IMG/VR virus record: IMGVR_UViG_3300028886_003672
Span: 2,549 to 66,548 of that record
Length of the DNA stretch: 64,000 nucleotides
Reading direction: 5' to 3' (one strand)
DNA from: a virus
Taxonomy: Duplodnaviria; Caudoviricetes
Shown piece by piece: positions 7,368 through 17,300 of this stretch. The translations under genes were made by a program, and so were the position numbers. Positions within the stretch are counted from its first letter, which is position 1. Each line of letters begins with the position of its first letter. The notes under the pieces were generated by a model. It made no database searches. It was not told the DNA's origin and saw only the letters and a program-made list of their open reading frames with translations.

Positions 7368-10300
7368 ATGGCTGAAACCCTGCGCGAACTGGTGGTCGCG
7401 CTGTCGCTGGACTCCAGCAATTTCTCGCGCAATATGCGCTCCATCAATCAGCAGATCAAGGAAGCCGAGTCCACCTTCCGTCTTGCAGGCGCTGGCGTGG
7501 AGAACTTCGAGAAGACCGTTGCCGGGACAGAAGCAAAGCTCTCCATGCTGGGAAACAAGCTGACCCAGCAGAACCGTGCTGTGGAACAGTACAGCCGTGC
7601 CCTCGTTGCCGCCAACGATAAACTGAAAGAGAATTACGACCGGCACAAGGATTATTCCCAGCGTTTGGAACAGGCGAAGGCTCGTCAGGAAGCCCTGCGC
7701 TTTGAGGTAGAGACCTCCAAAGCCGCCTATGAGCATTACCGGGATACCCTCGGGGAAACGGACTCCGCGACGATCGCTGCCAAGCAGAATCTGGAGCGGT
7801 ACCAGCAGGAGCACGCTGAAGCGACTGCCGAGGTTACGAAGCTGGAGGGCCAGGTCAAAGCCCTGCAGAAAACCATGCAGAACAGCGCGGATGCCGCTTC
7901 TAAGGCCGCGACGGATCTGAACAACGCTAAAGCTGCTGCCCGGGAAACGGATGCGGAAATCAAACGGCTGACGGAAGAACTGTACCGGATGAAATCCGCA
8001 TGGACGCAAGCCGGGACAACGCTGACGAACTTCTCGAAGAAATGCGGTACCCTGTCCAAGGCCATGACCAAGGCCGGGAAGACGCTCACAACACACATCA
8101 CCACACCCATTGTGGCGCTGGGAACGACAGCGGTCAAAGCCAGTATGGACTTTGAATCGTCGTTTGCGTATGTCCGGAAAACGGTCAACGGCACAGAAGA
8201 AGACTTCAGCAAACTGGCAGATGCCTCCAAGCGAATGTCCACCGAGATCGCCACATCCACGGATGAGATCAATGCCGTCATGGCCACGGGCGGTCAGCTG
8301 GGTATTGCAACTGAGCATATCGAGGAATTCGCCCGGGTCATGATTGACCTGAGTAACGCTTCCACAGACCTGGATGCGGATACCGCCGCGACTCAGCTGG
8401 CGAAGTTCGCCAATATCATGGGAACCAGCCAGTCGCAGTTCTCCAATATCGGCAGTACGATCGCCATGCTGGGTAATAACTTCGCTACCACAGAAGCGCC
8501 TATTGCTGAAATGGCAATGCGTATCGCTGGCGCTGGCAGACAGATCGGACTGACAGAAGCACAGGTTCTGGGTCTCGCGACAGCCTTGTCCTCTGTTGGT
8601 ATTCAGGCTCAGGCTGGTGGTTCCTCCATCTCCAAGGCCCTGATCAAAATGGAAGTCGCGGCCACGACCGGCGGTGATGCCCTGAAGGATTTCGCCCGGG
8701 TCTCCGGAATGACAGAGCAGGAGTTTGTCAGCGCATGGAAAAGTGATCCCATCAAAGTATTCCAGCGATTCATTGAAAGCCTGGCTGAAATGAACGAGGA
8801 GGGCATCTCTTCTGTTGCTGTTCTCGATGAAATTGGTATCAGTGAAATCCGCCTGCGTGATACCATGCTCCGTGCGGTTAACGCGACTGAGCTGTTTGCC
8901 AACGCGCAGGATATGGCAGCGGAAGCCTGGGAAGAGAACACTGCTCTTGCGCAGAAATCCAGCGTCATATACGGTACTACTGCCAGCAAGCTGAAAAACC
9001 TGAAGAACACGGCGCTCATGTTCGCCCAGCGGATCGGTGATGATCTGAATCCGACCATTCAGCAGATCATTGACAGTGTGAACGGTCTGCTTGAGAAGTT
9101 CCTGTCCCTTGACGAGAGCCAGCGGCAGTCCATTGTGAAATGGGCCGCTTTTGCTGCCGCCATCGGTCCCGCTGTCCTGATCCTCGGAAAAGTGGTCGGC
9201 GCTGTCGGAAAGGTCTCCGGCGCTCTGGGTACCGCCTTTACCGCCATCGGAAAGTTCTCCGCAAAGGTCAGCATGGCTGGCGGCGGACTGGGTGGACTGC
9301 TGAAGACACTGGTTTCTTCCAAGCTGGCCATGGTGGCTCTTGCAGCCGCCGTTGTTTATGGAGCCATCAAGTTGGTGGACTATGCTTCCGGCGCGAAAGC
9401 TGCCCGGGAAGCCCTCGAGGGCATGGCAAAAACAGCAAAGAGCTGGAAAGAAACCGAAGCGGATACCTTCTACAGCCGGAGCAAGGGGTTGTCCTTCTTC
9501 GGCATGACGAAGGATGACTTTGTCCGCACCACAGCCAGTGCCAAGGAATGGCTATCCGGCCTGACCAATGTCTGGTCTGACGGGCAGAAGGAAACAAATG
9601 AGATCGTTGAATCCTGGACGGAATCCTTCAAGAGTCTGACCGCTACCACACGGGAATCCCTGCAGGAAATGAAGGATACTGCGGATGCCGCCGGGTATAC
9701 ATCCGTTTCGGATCAGTTGCAGGCGGACATCAAAATGCTGGACGCCATGGACAAGGAGATCACAACTCTCCTGAAAAAACGGAAGAACCGGAAACTGACA
9801 GAAAAGGATAAGCTCCGCTTGCAGGAACTGATCGACACCCGGGAAGCGATCGAGGTCAAATACAAACTGACCGCCGCCGACACGGAGGGCTTCACAACCA
9901 TCCGGAAAAAGGTGGAAGCGGAGATCGCCCGTGCGGAAGCCCGTGGGCAGGAAGTCAGCGGAGAGGTATATCAGGAGGCCATGGTAGCAGCTGCCGAAGG
10001 CATGGCCTCCGTCAACTCCGCCCTGGATACGCAGTATGACAAGGAATACGCTGTGATCCAGCTGATTGAGGATGCCACTGAACGGCAGGCCGCGCTGGAT
10101 GCCCTGAACGCCAAGTACAATGAGGATCGCCGTGCCGCCGCGCTGGAATACGCCCAGCTTATGGCGGACATGGTGAATCCTGTCTGGCAGCAGGATAACG
10201 TTCAGGAAGCCAAAGGCCAGATCGGTGAACTGATGCAGCTGCTGCGCCAGTACAGCACCGCGAAGACGGACTCTGAAAAGAAAGCCTTCCTGCCTGAACT

Positions 10301-12599
10301 GAACAAGCTGACTGCCAGTATGGACGAAGGTGCACTGACGGAATATGTCAGCCTGCTTACCCAAATCCAGTCCCTGCTGGACAGCGGGATGACGGAAGAT
10401 GAAGTCCAGGCTATGTTCCCGGATATCGACTTCACGACCGCGCTGGATCAGCTGGCCGCGATCCAGCAGTTCCTGAAAGACAACAAATGGGACACGAACC
10501 TGACCAGCCTAAACGAGATGTTCGGGGAAGCTGTTGGGGACGAAGTCCTAAAGATCACCACGGATCTGGACATGACCGGCGCGAAAGCACGCTGGGAGGA
10601 ATGGGCCAGCAACCCCGGTGCGATCACTACGGACGCGATCATTGCCGGATACTCCGAAGCGGAAAACGCTGAAAAGCAGCAGCCCATCGTGGAAGCCTTT
10701 GTGTCGAAATACACCGAGATTCCCGAAGGCGCGAACATCGCCCAGCTGACCCCGGAAGGTATTCTGGCATACGTCACCAAGTATGCCGAATCCACCACGG
10801 GTGTAGACGTTTCCGGCCTGAACCCGACAAACGTTACCGGCATTGTCAGCGCCTACAAGGAACTGGCATCCGGCACGGATGTTTCCCAGCTGAAGCCCAG
10901 TGAGATCACGGCCTACGTTTTCAAATACCTGGAAGAAAACAAGGTCGATACCACCGGCCTGACTCCCGGTTCCGTTACCGCAACGGTTATGGCATATGAG
11001 GAGATCACCGGTGGTGCTTCCACTGCGGCCCTGAAACCGTCGGATATCGTCGGATTGATCGTCAAGTACGCTGAAGCGGAAAACGTGGATCTCTCCGCGC
11101 TGAACTCTGCCCAGGTGGAGGGCATCGTTACGAAGTTCTCTGAAGCTACCGGCTGTGATAAGTCTGAGCTGATGAAGGAGTTCGTTGCCTATATCACGGA
11201 GTACAAGGAAATCAATGGCGTGAAGAAACCGACCCTGAACATGCAGGTCGGCCTGACTGGCTATGATATGCTGGCGTATCGGCAGTGGCTGAAGAACAAC
11301 AAGGTCGAGATTGAAGGCATCGTTCGTCTGTCGGAAGCCTACGAGGATCCGACCGGTGCCCTGCATGATCCCGGGGTAAAGTTCTGGAAGGACGGACAGG
11401 AGGTCCCGGTATCCGCTGTCACAGAAGATATGCTGAAGCCGGAGGACGTCGCTGTTCTGGATAAGGACGGTACCATGCATGTCCTGATCACAGCCGAAGT
11501 GACCGGTGCCACTGAGGCTATTGCCGAAATGCGGGAACAAGTCGCGGAAGTGGATCAGTTGGGGATGACAGCCTTTGGTACCGCCATGACCGGCATCATG
11601 CCTGCGTCGCTCCTGGATTTTATCAAATCCGCAGAGCAGCGCATCAAGAATGCCAAAGGTGATCTGGATCAGTGGTATAACTTCATTTACGGCGGGAACG
11701 AGGGAATCCTCCGGACGTTGGATCAATCCATGCAGAGTGACTTCAACGCTGACAGGATGGCGCAGCTTTCTACCTATGTGGCAGAGGTTGTTGCCGCAAT
11801 CAAAAATGGTGAGGAAGTCAGTCAGGAGGATATCGACAATCTGAACAAGATCCTGCAATTTGTACAGGATCTGGATTCAGTGGGCGTCGGCGGGAATGTC
11901 ACTGCGGGCATTGCGGAAGGCATGACCGAAGCCGGATGGGATACCACGGCTGAAACCGTAGCGGAGAATCTGGAGGAAGCCATCAACAGCGCTTTCATCA
12001 TCGAAAGCCCATCTAAGCGCATGGAACCGACTGGTGAGTACGTTGCCGCCGGTATCGGTGAAGGCATGACGGGCTATGATTTTACTACAGATGTGACTTC
12101 CATGGTAACCGCACTGCAGACAGCAATCTCAGCCGCGCTTCCGGGAACGCTGAAGAATGTCGGTGTGAACGCCATGGCTGGCCTGAAAGAAGGTATTAAC
12201 TCTGGTCGCTTCAGTGTGATCACTGCACTAAGGTCTGCTGTACAGGCTGCTGTTACAGCGGCAAAGCAGGCCCTGAAGATCGCTTCTCCCTCTAAAGTCT
12301 TCCGGGACGAGATCGGCTCCATGACCATGAAGGGCTTTGGAGAAGGCATCCTGGAGGAGAGCAAGGTACAGGCGAAGATCGTGAAAAACGCAGCCCGCTA
12401 CCTTACCGGGGAAGCGCAGGAAGGCGCGATCGCCTTTGGCTCCACGGATAACCGGAAGACCTATAACAACACTTCTTCCGTCAACCTGACGGGAAACAAC
12501 TTCTATGTGCGGGACGAACAGGATATCCGCTCCCTGGCTGTCGAGATTGCCACCCTGACCCGCCGTCAACAGCGCGGCAGGGGTCTCCGGATGGCATAA
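7368..12599 (+). CDS. tape measure protein (TP901 family), 1743 aa
   Basis: LVVALSLD N-terminus, coiled coil, DFESSFAYVRKTV core, SPSKVF C-terminal motif. Confidence 0.95.
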   Translation: MAETLRELVVALSLDSSNFSRNMRSINQQIKEAESTFRLAGAGVENFEKTVAGTEAKLSMLGNKLTQQNRAVEQYSRALVAANDKLKENYDRHKDYSQRLEQAKARQEALRFEVETSKAAYEHYRDTLGETDSATIAAKQNLERYQQEHAEATAEVTKLEGQVKALQKTMQNSADAASKAATDLNNAKAAARETDAEIKRLTEELYRMKSAWTQAGTTLTNFSKKCGTLSKAMTKAGKTLTTHITTPIVALGTTAVKASMDFESSFAYVRKTVNGTEEDFSKLADASKRMSTEIATSTDEINAVMATGGQLGIATEHIEEFARVMIDLSNASTDLDADTAATQLAKFANIMGTSQSQFSNIGSTIAMLGNNFATTEAPIAEMAMRIAGAGRQIGLTEAQVLGLATALSSVGIQAQAGGSSISKALIKMEVAATTGGDALKDFARVSGMTEQEFVSAWKSDPIKVFQRFIESLAEMNEEGISSVAVLDEIGISEIRLRDTMLRAVNATELFANAQDMAAEAWEENTALAQKSSVIYGTTASKLKNLKNTALMFAQRIGDDLNPTIQQIIDSVNGLLEKFLSLDESQRQSIVKWAAFAAAIGPAVLILGKVVGAVGKVSGALGTAFTAIGKFSAKVSMAGGGLGGLLKTLVSSKLAMVALAAAVVYGAIKLVDYASGAKAAREALEGMAKTAKSWKETEADTFYSRSKGLSFFGMTKDDFVRTTASAKEWLSGLTNVWSDGQKETNEIVESWTESFKSLTATTRESLQEMKDTADAAGYTSVSDQLQADIKMLDAMDKEITTLLKKRKNRKLTEKDKLRLQELIDTREAIEVKYKLTAADTEGFTTIRKKVEAEIARAEARGQEVSGEVYQEAMVAAAEGMASVNSALDTQYDKEYAVIQLIEDATERQAALDALNAKYNEDRRAAALEYAQLMADMVNPVWQQDNVQEAKGQIGELMQLLRQYSTAKTDSEKKAFLPELNKLTASMDEGALTEYVSLLTQIQSLLDSGMTEDEVQAMFPDIDFTTALDQLAAIQQFLKDNKWDTNLTSLNEMFGEAVGDEVLKITTDLDMTGAKARWEEWASNPGAITTDAIIAGYSEAENAEKQQPIVEAFVSKYTEIPEGANIAQLTPEGILAYVTKYAESTTGVDVSGLNPTNVTGIVSAYKELASGTDVSQLKPSEITAYVFKYLEENKVDTTGLTPGSVTATVMAYEEITGGASTAALKPSDIVGLIVKYAEAENVDLSALNSAQVEGIVTKFSEATGCDKSELMKEFVAYITEYKEINGVKKPTLNMQVGLTGYDMLAYRQWLKNNKVEIEGIVRLSEAYEDPTGALHDPGVKFWKDGQEVPVSAVTEDMLKPEDVAVLDKDGTMHVLITAEVTGATEAIAEMREQVAEVDQLGMTAFGTAMTGIMPASLLDFIKSAEQRIKNAKGDLDQWYNFIYGGNEGILRTLDQSMQSDFNADRMAQLSTYVAEVVAAIKNGEEVSQEDIDNLNKILQFVQDLDSVGVGGNVTAGIAEGMTEAGWDTTAETVAENLEEAINSAFIIESPSKRMEPTGEYVAAGIGEGMTGYDFTTDVTSMVTALQTAISAALPGTLKNVGVNAMAGLKEGINSGRFSVITALRSAVQAAVTAAKQALKIASPSKVFRDEIGSMTMKGFGEGILEESKVQAKIVKNAARYLTGEAQEGAIAFGSTDNRKTYNNTSSVNLTGNNFYVRDEQDIRSLAVEIATLTRRQQRGRGLRMA

Positions 12600-12663
12600 A
12601 CTCCTTGACTTTCAACGGGTTCAGAGGATATATGTTCCTACCAAACGCAAAGGAGGAAACCCT

Positions 12664-12894
12664 ATGTTTTCCATGAGCATCAGGCCCGAAATCCTGAAGA
12701 ACATCCGGGAAAAGTATCCGCCCGGCACTGCCGTTGAGGTGGTGGAGTTTCATGACCAGTACCGGGATATCCCAGCAGGGACAAAGGGCCGGGTACTGGC
12801 GGTCGACGACACGGGCACGATCCACTGCGAGTTCGAGAACGGTGTATCGCTCGGAGCCCTCTGGGGGATTGACATCGTGAAGAAGATCGACTGA
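12664..12894 (+). CDS. DUF4314-family protein (moron with own promoter and terminator)
   Basis: YPPGTAVEV..D...GTKG.V..VDDTGTIHC.FENG..L. Confidence 0.8.
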   Translation: MFSMSIRPEILKNIREKYPPGTAVEVVEFHDQYRDIPAGTKGRVLAVDDTGTIHCEFENGVSLGALWGIDIVKKID

Positions 12895-12907
12895 AACGAC
12901 TGACCGG

Positions 12908-12943
12908 GAGGAAGCTGCCTGCGGGCGGCTTCTTCCTCTTTTT
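12908..12943 (+). terminator. intrinsic terminator
   Basis: GGAAGCTGCC-tgcg-GGCGGCTTCT stem followed by a T-run. Confidence 0.6.
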
Positions 12944-12955
12944 GGAGGTTATCCC

Positions 12956-13654
12956 ATGACAGATTATTTCATCTGGAATGGTGTGGATTGCCGGACAAAA
13001 GGCATCCATGTGTCGGAATTGCCGCCGATCACCATTCCGCTGGAGCGGAGCAAGCAGACCAATGTCCCGGGCAGGCCGGGAAGCCTGACACAGCTGGAGG
13101 GTGATGACGTCTATGACGATATGATCCTGACAGCCACCTGCTTTATTGCTGATCCGGCTCAGATCCCGGCAATCGCTGCATGGCTGAAGGGAAAAGGCAC
13201 TGTGACATTTGCCAACCGGACCGGCGGACACTACAACGCCCGGATTGCCAACCAGATCCCGTTTGAGAAGGTTCTCCGTGGAAATCCGCACTGTTCCTTT
13301 GCTGTGAACTTCAGGTGCTATCCCTTCTGGTATCAGGAGAATGTATCCGATGTGACGATCACCTCATCCGGCGATACGATCACTAATCCGGGCAGCGTTT
13401 ATTCTGAACCGCTTATCACGGTTTATGGTTCCGGGAATATCACTTTGATGATCGGGACTACGATTGTGGAATTGACAAATGTTTCCAGCAGCATTGTTCT
13501 GGATTGCGCTCTGAAAGAAGCATACAAAGGGACAACCCTGATGAACGACCATATGTCCGGGGATTTTCCCGTGTTGAAACCCGGCTTGAATTCTATTAGC
13601 TGGAACGGAAATGTGACAAGTATAGTGATAAGGCCTAATTGGCGTTATCTATAA
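12956..13654 (+). CDS. distal tail protein (Dit)-like
   Basis: YFIWNG, VPGRPGSL, FRCYPFWY, FPVLKPGLNSISW; follows the tape measure gene. Confidence 0.85.
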   Translation: MTDYFIWNGVDCRTKGIHVSELPPITIPLERSKQTNVPGRPGSLTQLEGDDVYDDMILTATCFIADPAQIPAIAAWLKGKGTVTFANRTGGHYNARIANQIPFEKVLRGNPHCSFAVNFRCYPFWYQENVSDVTITSSGDTITNPGSVYSEPLITVYGSGNITLMIGTTIVELTNVSSSIVLDCALKEAYKGTTLMNDHMSGDFPVLKPGLNSISWNGNVTSIVIRPNWRYL

Positions 13655-13718
13655 AGTCTTTCTTTTTCCGTTGAAACTGTGATATAGTAGATTTCAATTA
13701 AATAATAGGAGATAGAGC

Positions 13719-14253
13719 ATGAGCGATTTCTTGGGGGAAAATAGATTCAGTACATGATGCATATAAAGCTAGACTATTTGAGCCTGCTCTAGCGTTAGCG
13801 TTAACATTGCCTGATATATGTGCCAATATTGAGTATCCCACAGAAAAATCAGTAACAAAAAGATATATTGATTGGTGTAATTCTCATATTTTTGCTTCCT
13901 CGTCTGGTGCTGATGACGAGTTTACAGGCGCTGCATTATACCAGCTGAGATGCCATTTTCTTCATAATGGAGATGATGAGATTTTCAAAAATAATGGTGA
14001 AACATGGACTCGGGTGAGAATAAATGAGTTTGATTTGATGGAGCCTAAGGATAGTTGCGGAGAAGAACTGTTGCTAAAAATATCTACAATGAAAGATACT
14101 GATACTGGTGAGATTACTTACAAAGCAAAAATGAATCTGAGATATATTATTGATCTAATATGTGATTCCGCTGAAGAATTTTATGATTCATGGACAAACA
14201 AAAGTGACTTTGATGATCACGTTGTTAACCTGTTGGAGTACAATCCGGAATAA
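13719..14253 (+). pseudogene. AT-rich moron with HEPN-like RxxxxH motif; apparent 1-nt frameshift in a G5 run near the start
   Basis: ALALALTLPDIC and LYQLRCHFLHNG. RBS AGGAG precedes ATG 13719, whose frame stops after 12 codons unless one G of 13733-13737 is removed. Confidence 0.55.
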
Positions 14254-14328
14254 TTGAAAGAACAATCAATCAATGCGTCGCCTGTTAGGGACGGCGTTTT
14301 TATTTTGCCTTTAAGGAGGTGAAACCCC

Positions 14329-17300
14329 ATGATCTGCGTTTATCCGGCTGACTGCACCGACTTCTCCACGAACGGAAACGGAACCATTGAGCCGTCATCC
14401 GCACTGGTGACGGAAACTCTGAACGGAGAATACGAACTGCAGCTGGTACATCCGATCGATGAAGCGGGAAAATGGCAGCGACTGGTGGAAGGCTGTATCC
14501 TTCGCGCTCCTGTTCCGGCGGCGACCACTCCCCGGGTACACTTCACAGCGCCGGGTGATGACAGCGGGACAGAGATTTATCGTATCCATACGGACTTTCC
14601 CGGAGCGGAAACCCGGAAAGGAACCCTGAACCTGCGCTCTGGTCCCGGCAGGAACTACAAGATCCTTGCGGCCTACAAGAACACCCTGACCGTTCAAGTG
14701 ATTGCCAAGACCAGCAGTGCCTGGTATGAGGTGACTGCTCCTGACGGGAAACATGGGTACATGGATACGACCTATCTGGTATTCGATCACCGGGAAGGTT
14801 CCGCTTCTGAGGCTGTTTCCTCTGTAGTGGAGGAACGCCAGCTCCGGGACCAGCCGTTCCGGATCTACCGGATCGTCCCTGATCTCGATAAGATCACAGT
14901 GTACGCCCGGCATGTTTTCTACGATCTGCTGGACAATATGATCCAGTCCTACAAGCCCTCATCCTCTGCGGTGGGGGCTTCCGTCGTTCAGACGGTTTCG
15001 TCTTCCTGCCTGTCCGAGCATGACTTTACCTTCTATTCCGACCTGGACAGCACGGCAGAGGACGTGGAGTTCGAGAACGTGAATCCCGTTGATGCCCTGC
15101 TGGGGGAAGACGGAGTCGTGGAAAAGTACACCGGTGAGCTCACCCGGGACTGGTGGGATGTTTTCGTTGTGAAGCGTGTCGGTCAGGATACCAATGTGCA
15201 GATCCGGCAGGCCAAGAACCTGCTGGGAATCTCCTACGACATTGACCTGACCGACGTCGTCACACGGATCATGCCAACCGGTGAAGACGCTGACGGCAAT
15301 GTACTGTACCTTCCGGAACTGTATATCGACAGTCCACTGATTGATACCTATACCCATCCGAAATGGATTCATCTCCCGGTTTCCGAAGCCAAGGAAGATA
15401 CCGACGGGGACGATGCGAAAACCAAAGCGGAATGCTATACCCTCATGCGGGATGCCGCCCAGGCCCAGTTTGATGCGGGCTGTGATGTTCCGACCGTCAC
15501 ATTGGACGTCAGCTTCATCAATTGTGCTGAAACAGAGGAGTATGCGGAATACGGTTTCCTGCAGAATATCTTCCTCGGGGACGCTGTCAGGGTAATTGCT
15601 CCCCGGGTAGGTGTCTGGGTATCCATGCGCATGACGCAGTATACCTATGACTGCCTGACCCGGAAATATACTCAGATGACCCTCGGCACGGTTGCGGATA
15701 CTGTGGAGGGAAATACGATCTCTGCCCGGCAATTGCCTTCTGGGATCATCACGGGAAGCAAACTGGCAATCAACTCTGTCGGCTCTGGTGCCCTGCAGAA
15801 CGGGTCTGTCGGTTCCCTGCAGATCAAAATGGCGGCGATTGAAACAGCCCACATCGAGGATGCGGCAATTACCAAAGCCAAAATCGGACAGGCCGCGATC
15901 GGTACTGCCCAGATCGAGGATGCCGCTGTTACCAAGGCGAAAATCGGACAGGCCGCGATCGGAACCGCCCAGATCGAGGACGCTGCCATTACGCAGGCGA
16001 AGATCGGCAACGCTGCTATTGGTACTGCCCAGATCGAGGACGGCACGATCACTTCCGCAAAGATCGGAAACGGTGAAATCCTGACCGCCCATATCCATGA
16101 CGCAGCCATCACCGGAGCAAAAATAGAAAACGGAACCATCACTAATGCAAAAATCGGTGATGGTGAAATTGAGACTGCCAAAATCCACGATGCCGCCATT
16201 ACCAACGCCAAGGTTGCCGGTGCGGCAATCGGTACAGCAAACATACAGGACGCTGCTATTGTGCGAGGCAAAATCCTTGACGGTGAGATTGTTACCGCGA
16301 AGATAGCGGACCTGTCCGTTACCTCCGGTAAGATCGCCGATCTGGCGGTCACCACGGCGAAAATCGCACAGGCAGCAATCACAAACGCCCTGATCGCCAA
16401 TGCTGCTGTAGACACGGCCCAGATTGCCCTCGGTGCCATCACCTCGGCCTTGATCGCCCAAGGTGCAGTGGGAACGGCCCAGATCGAGGACGCTTCTATC
16501 ACTGCCGCAAAGATCGTCTCCCTGAATGCGGATGTTATCACTTCCGGCACCCTGGCTACGGAGCGCCTGATCATCCGAGGAGCGAATGGCCTGATCTATG
16601 AGATCAACGCTGAGTCCGGCGGGCTTTCCGCTCAGGAACTGACTGATCCGAAGTACAGGGAAAAACTGAACGGCTCTGTTATCGTTGCCCGGTCTATTAC
16701 TGCCGCGCAGATCGCCGCCGCGACGATCACCGCCAATGAGATCCTCGCCGCTACCATCACCGGCGATAAGATTGCCGCTGCCACCATTGAGGGCAGCAAC
16801 ATCAAGGCTGGGGCGATCACTACTACCCATATCTCCTCTGACTTTGGCCAGACGCTCGACCTGTCCAGCAATACGGGTATCAACCAGCGGGTACAGCAGA
16901 TCTACACCGACATGAACGCTGCCATTGCAGCGGCAGGCGGTGGTGAGATCATTGTCGGTACCCAGACTGGCAGTACCAGCGCATGGGAAGGCGACGCCAG
17001 CTTCTCAACGCTGACGGACGGCCAGCAGATCGTATACTGGCTTCCGATCGCCGCGACATCCACTGCTGTTACGTTGGAACTGACGCTCTCTGGCGGCGGG
17101 ACTACCGGCGCGATCCCTGTTTATTACAGCGGAACCACCCGGCTGACAACTCATTATCCTGCAGGCAACGCCATCCGGCTGATCTATAAAGTGGATGCCC
17201 CCATCGGTGAGGCCTATTACACCGGCTGGTGGGCGGACGCCAACTATGATAGCGGCAACACCTATGACCGCATCAAGCTGGGGAACTCCATCGTTGTGAA

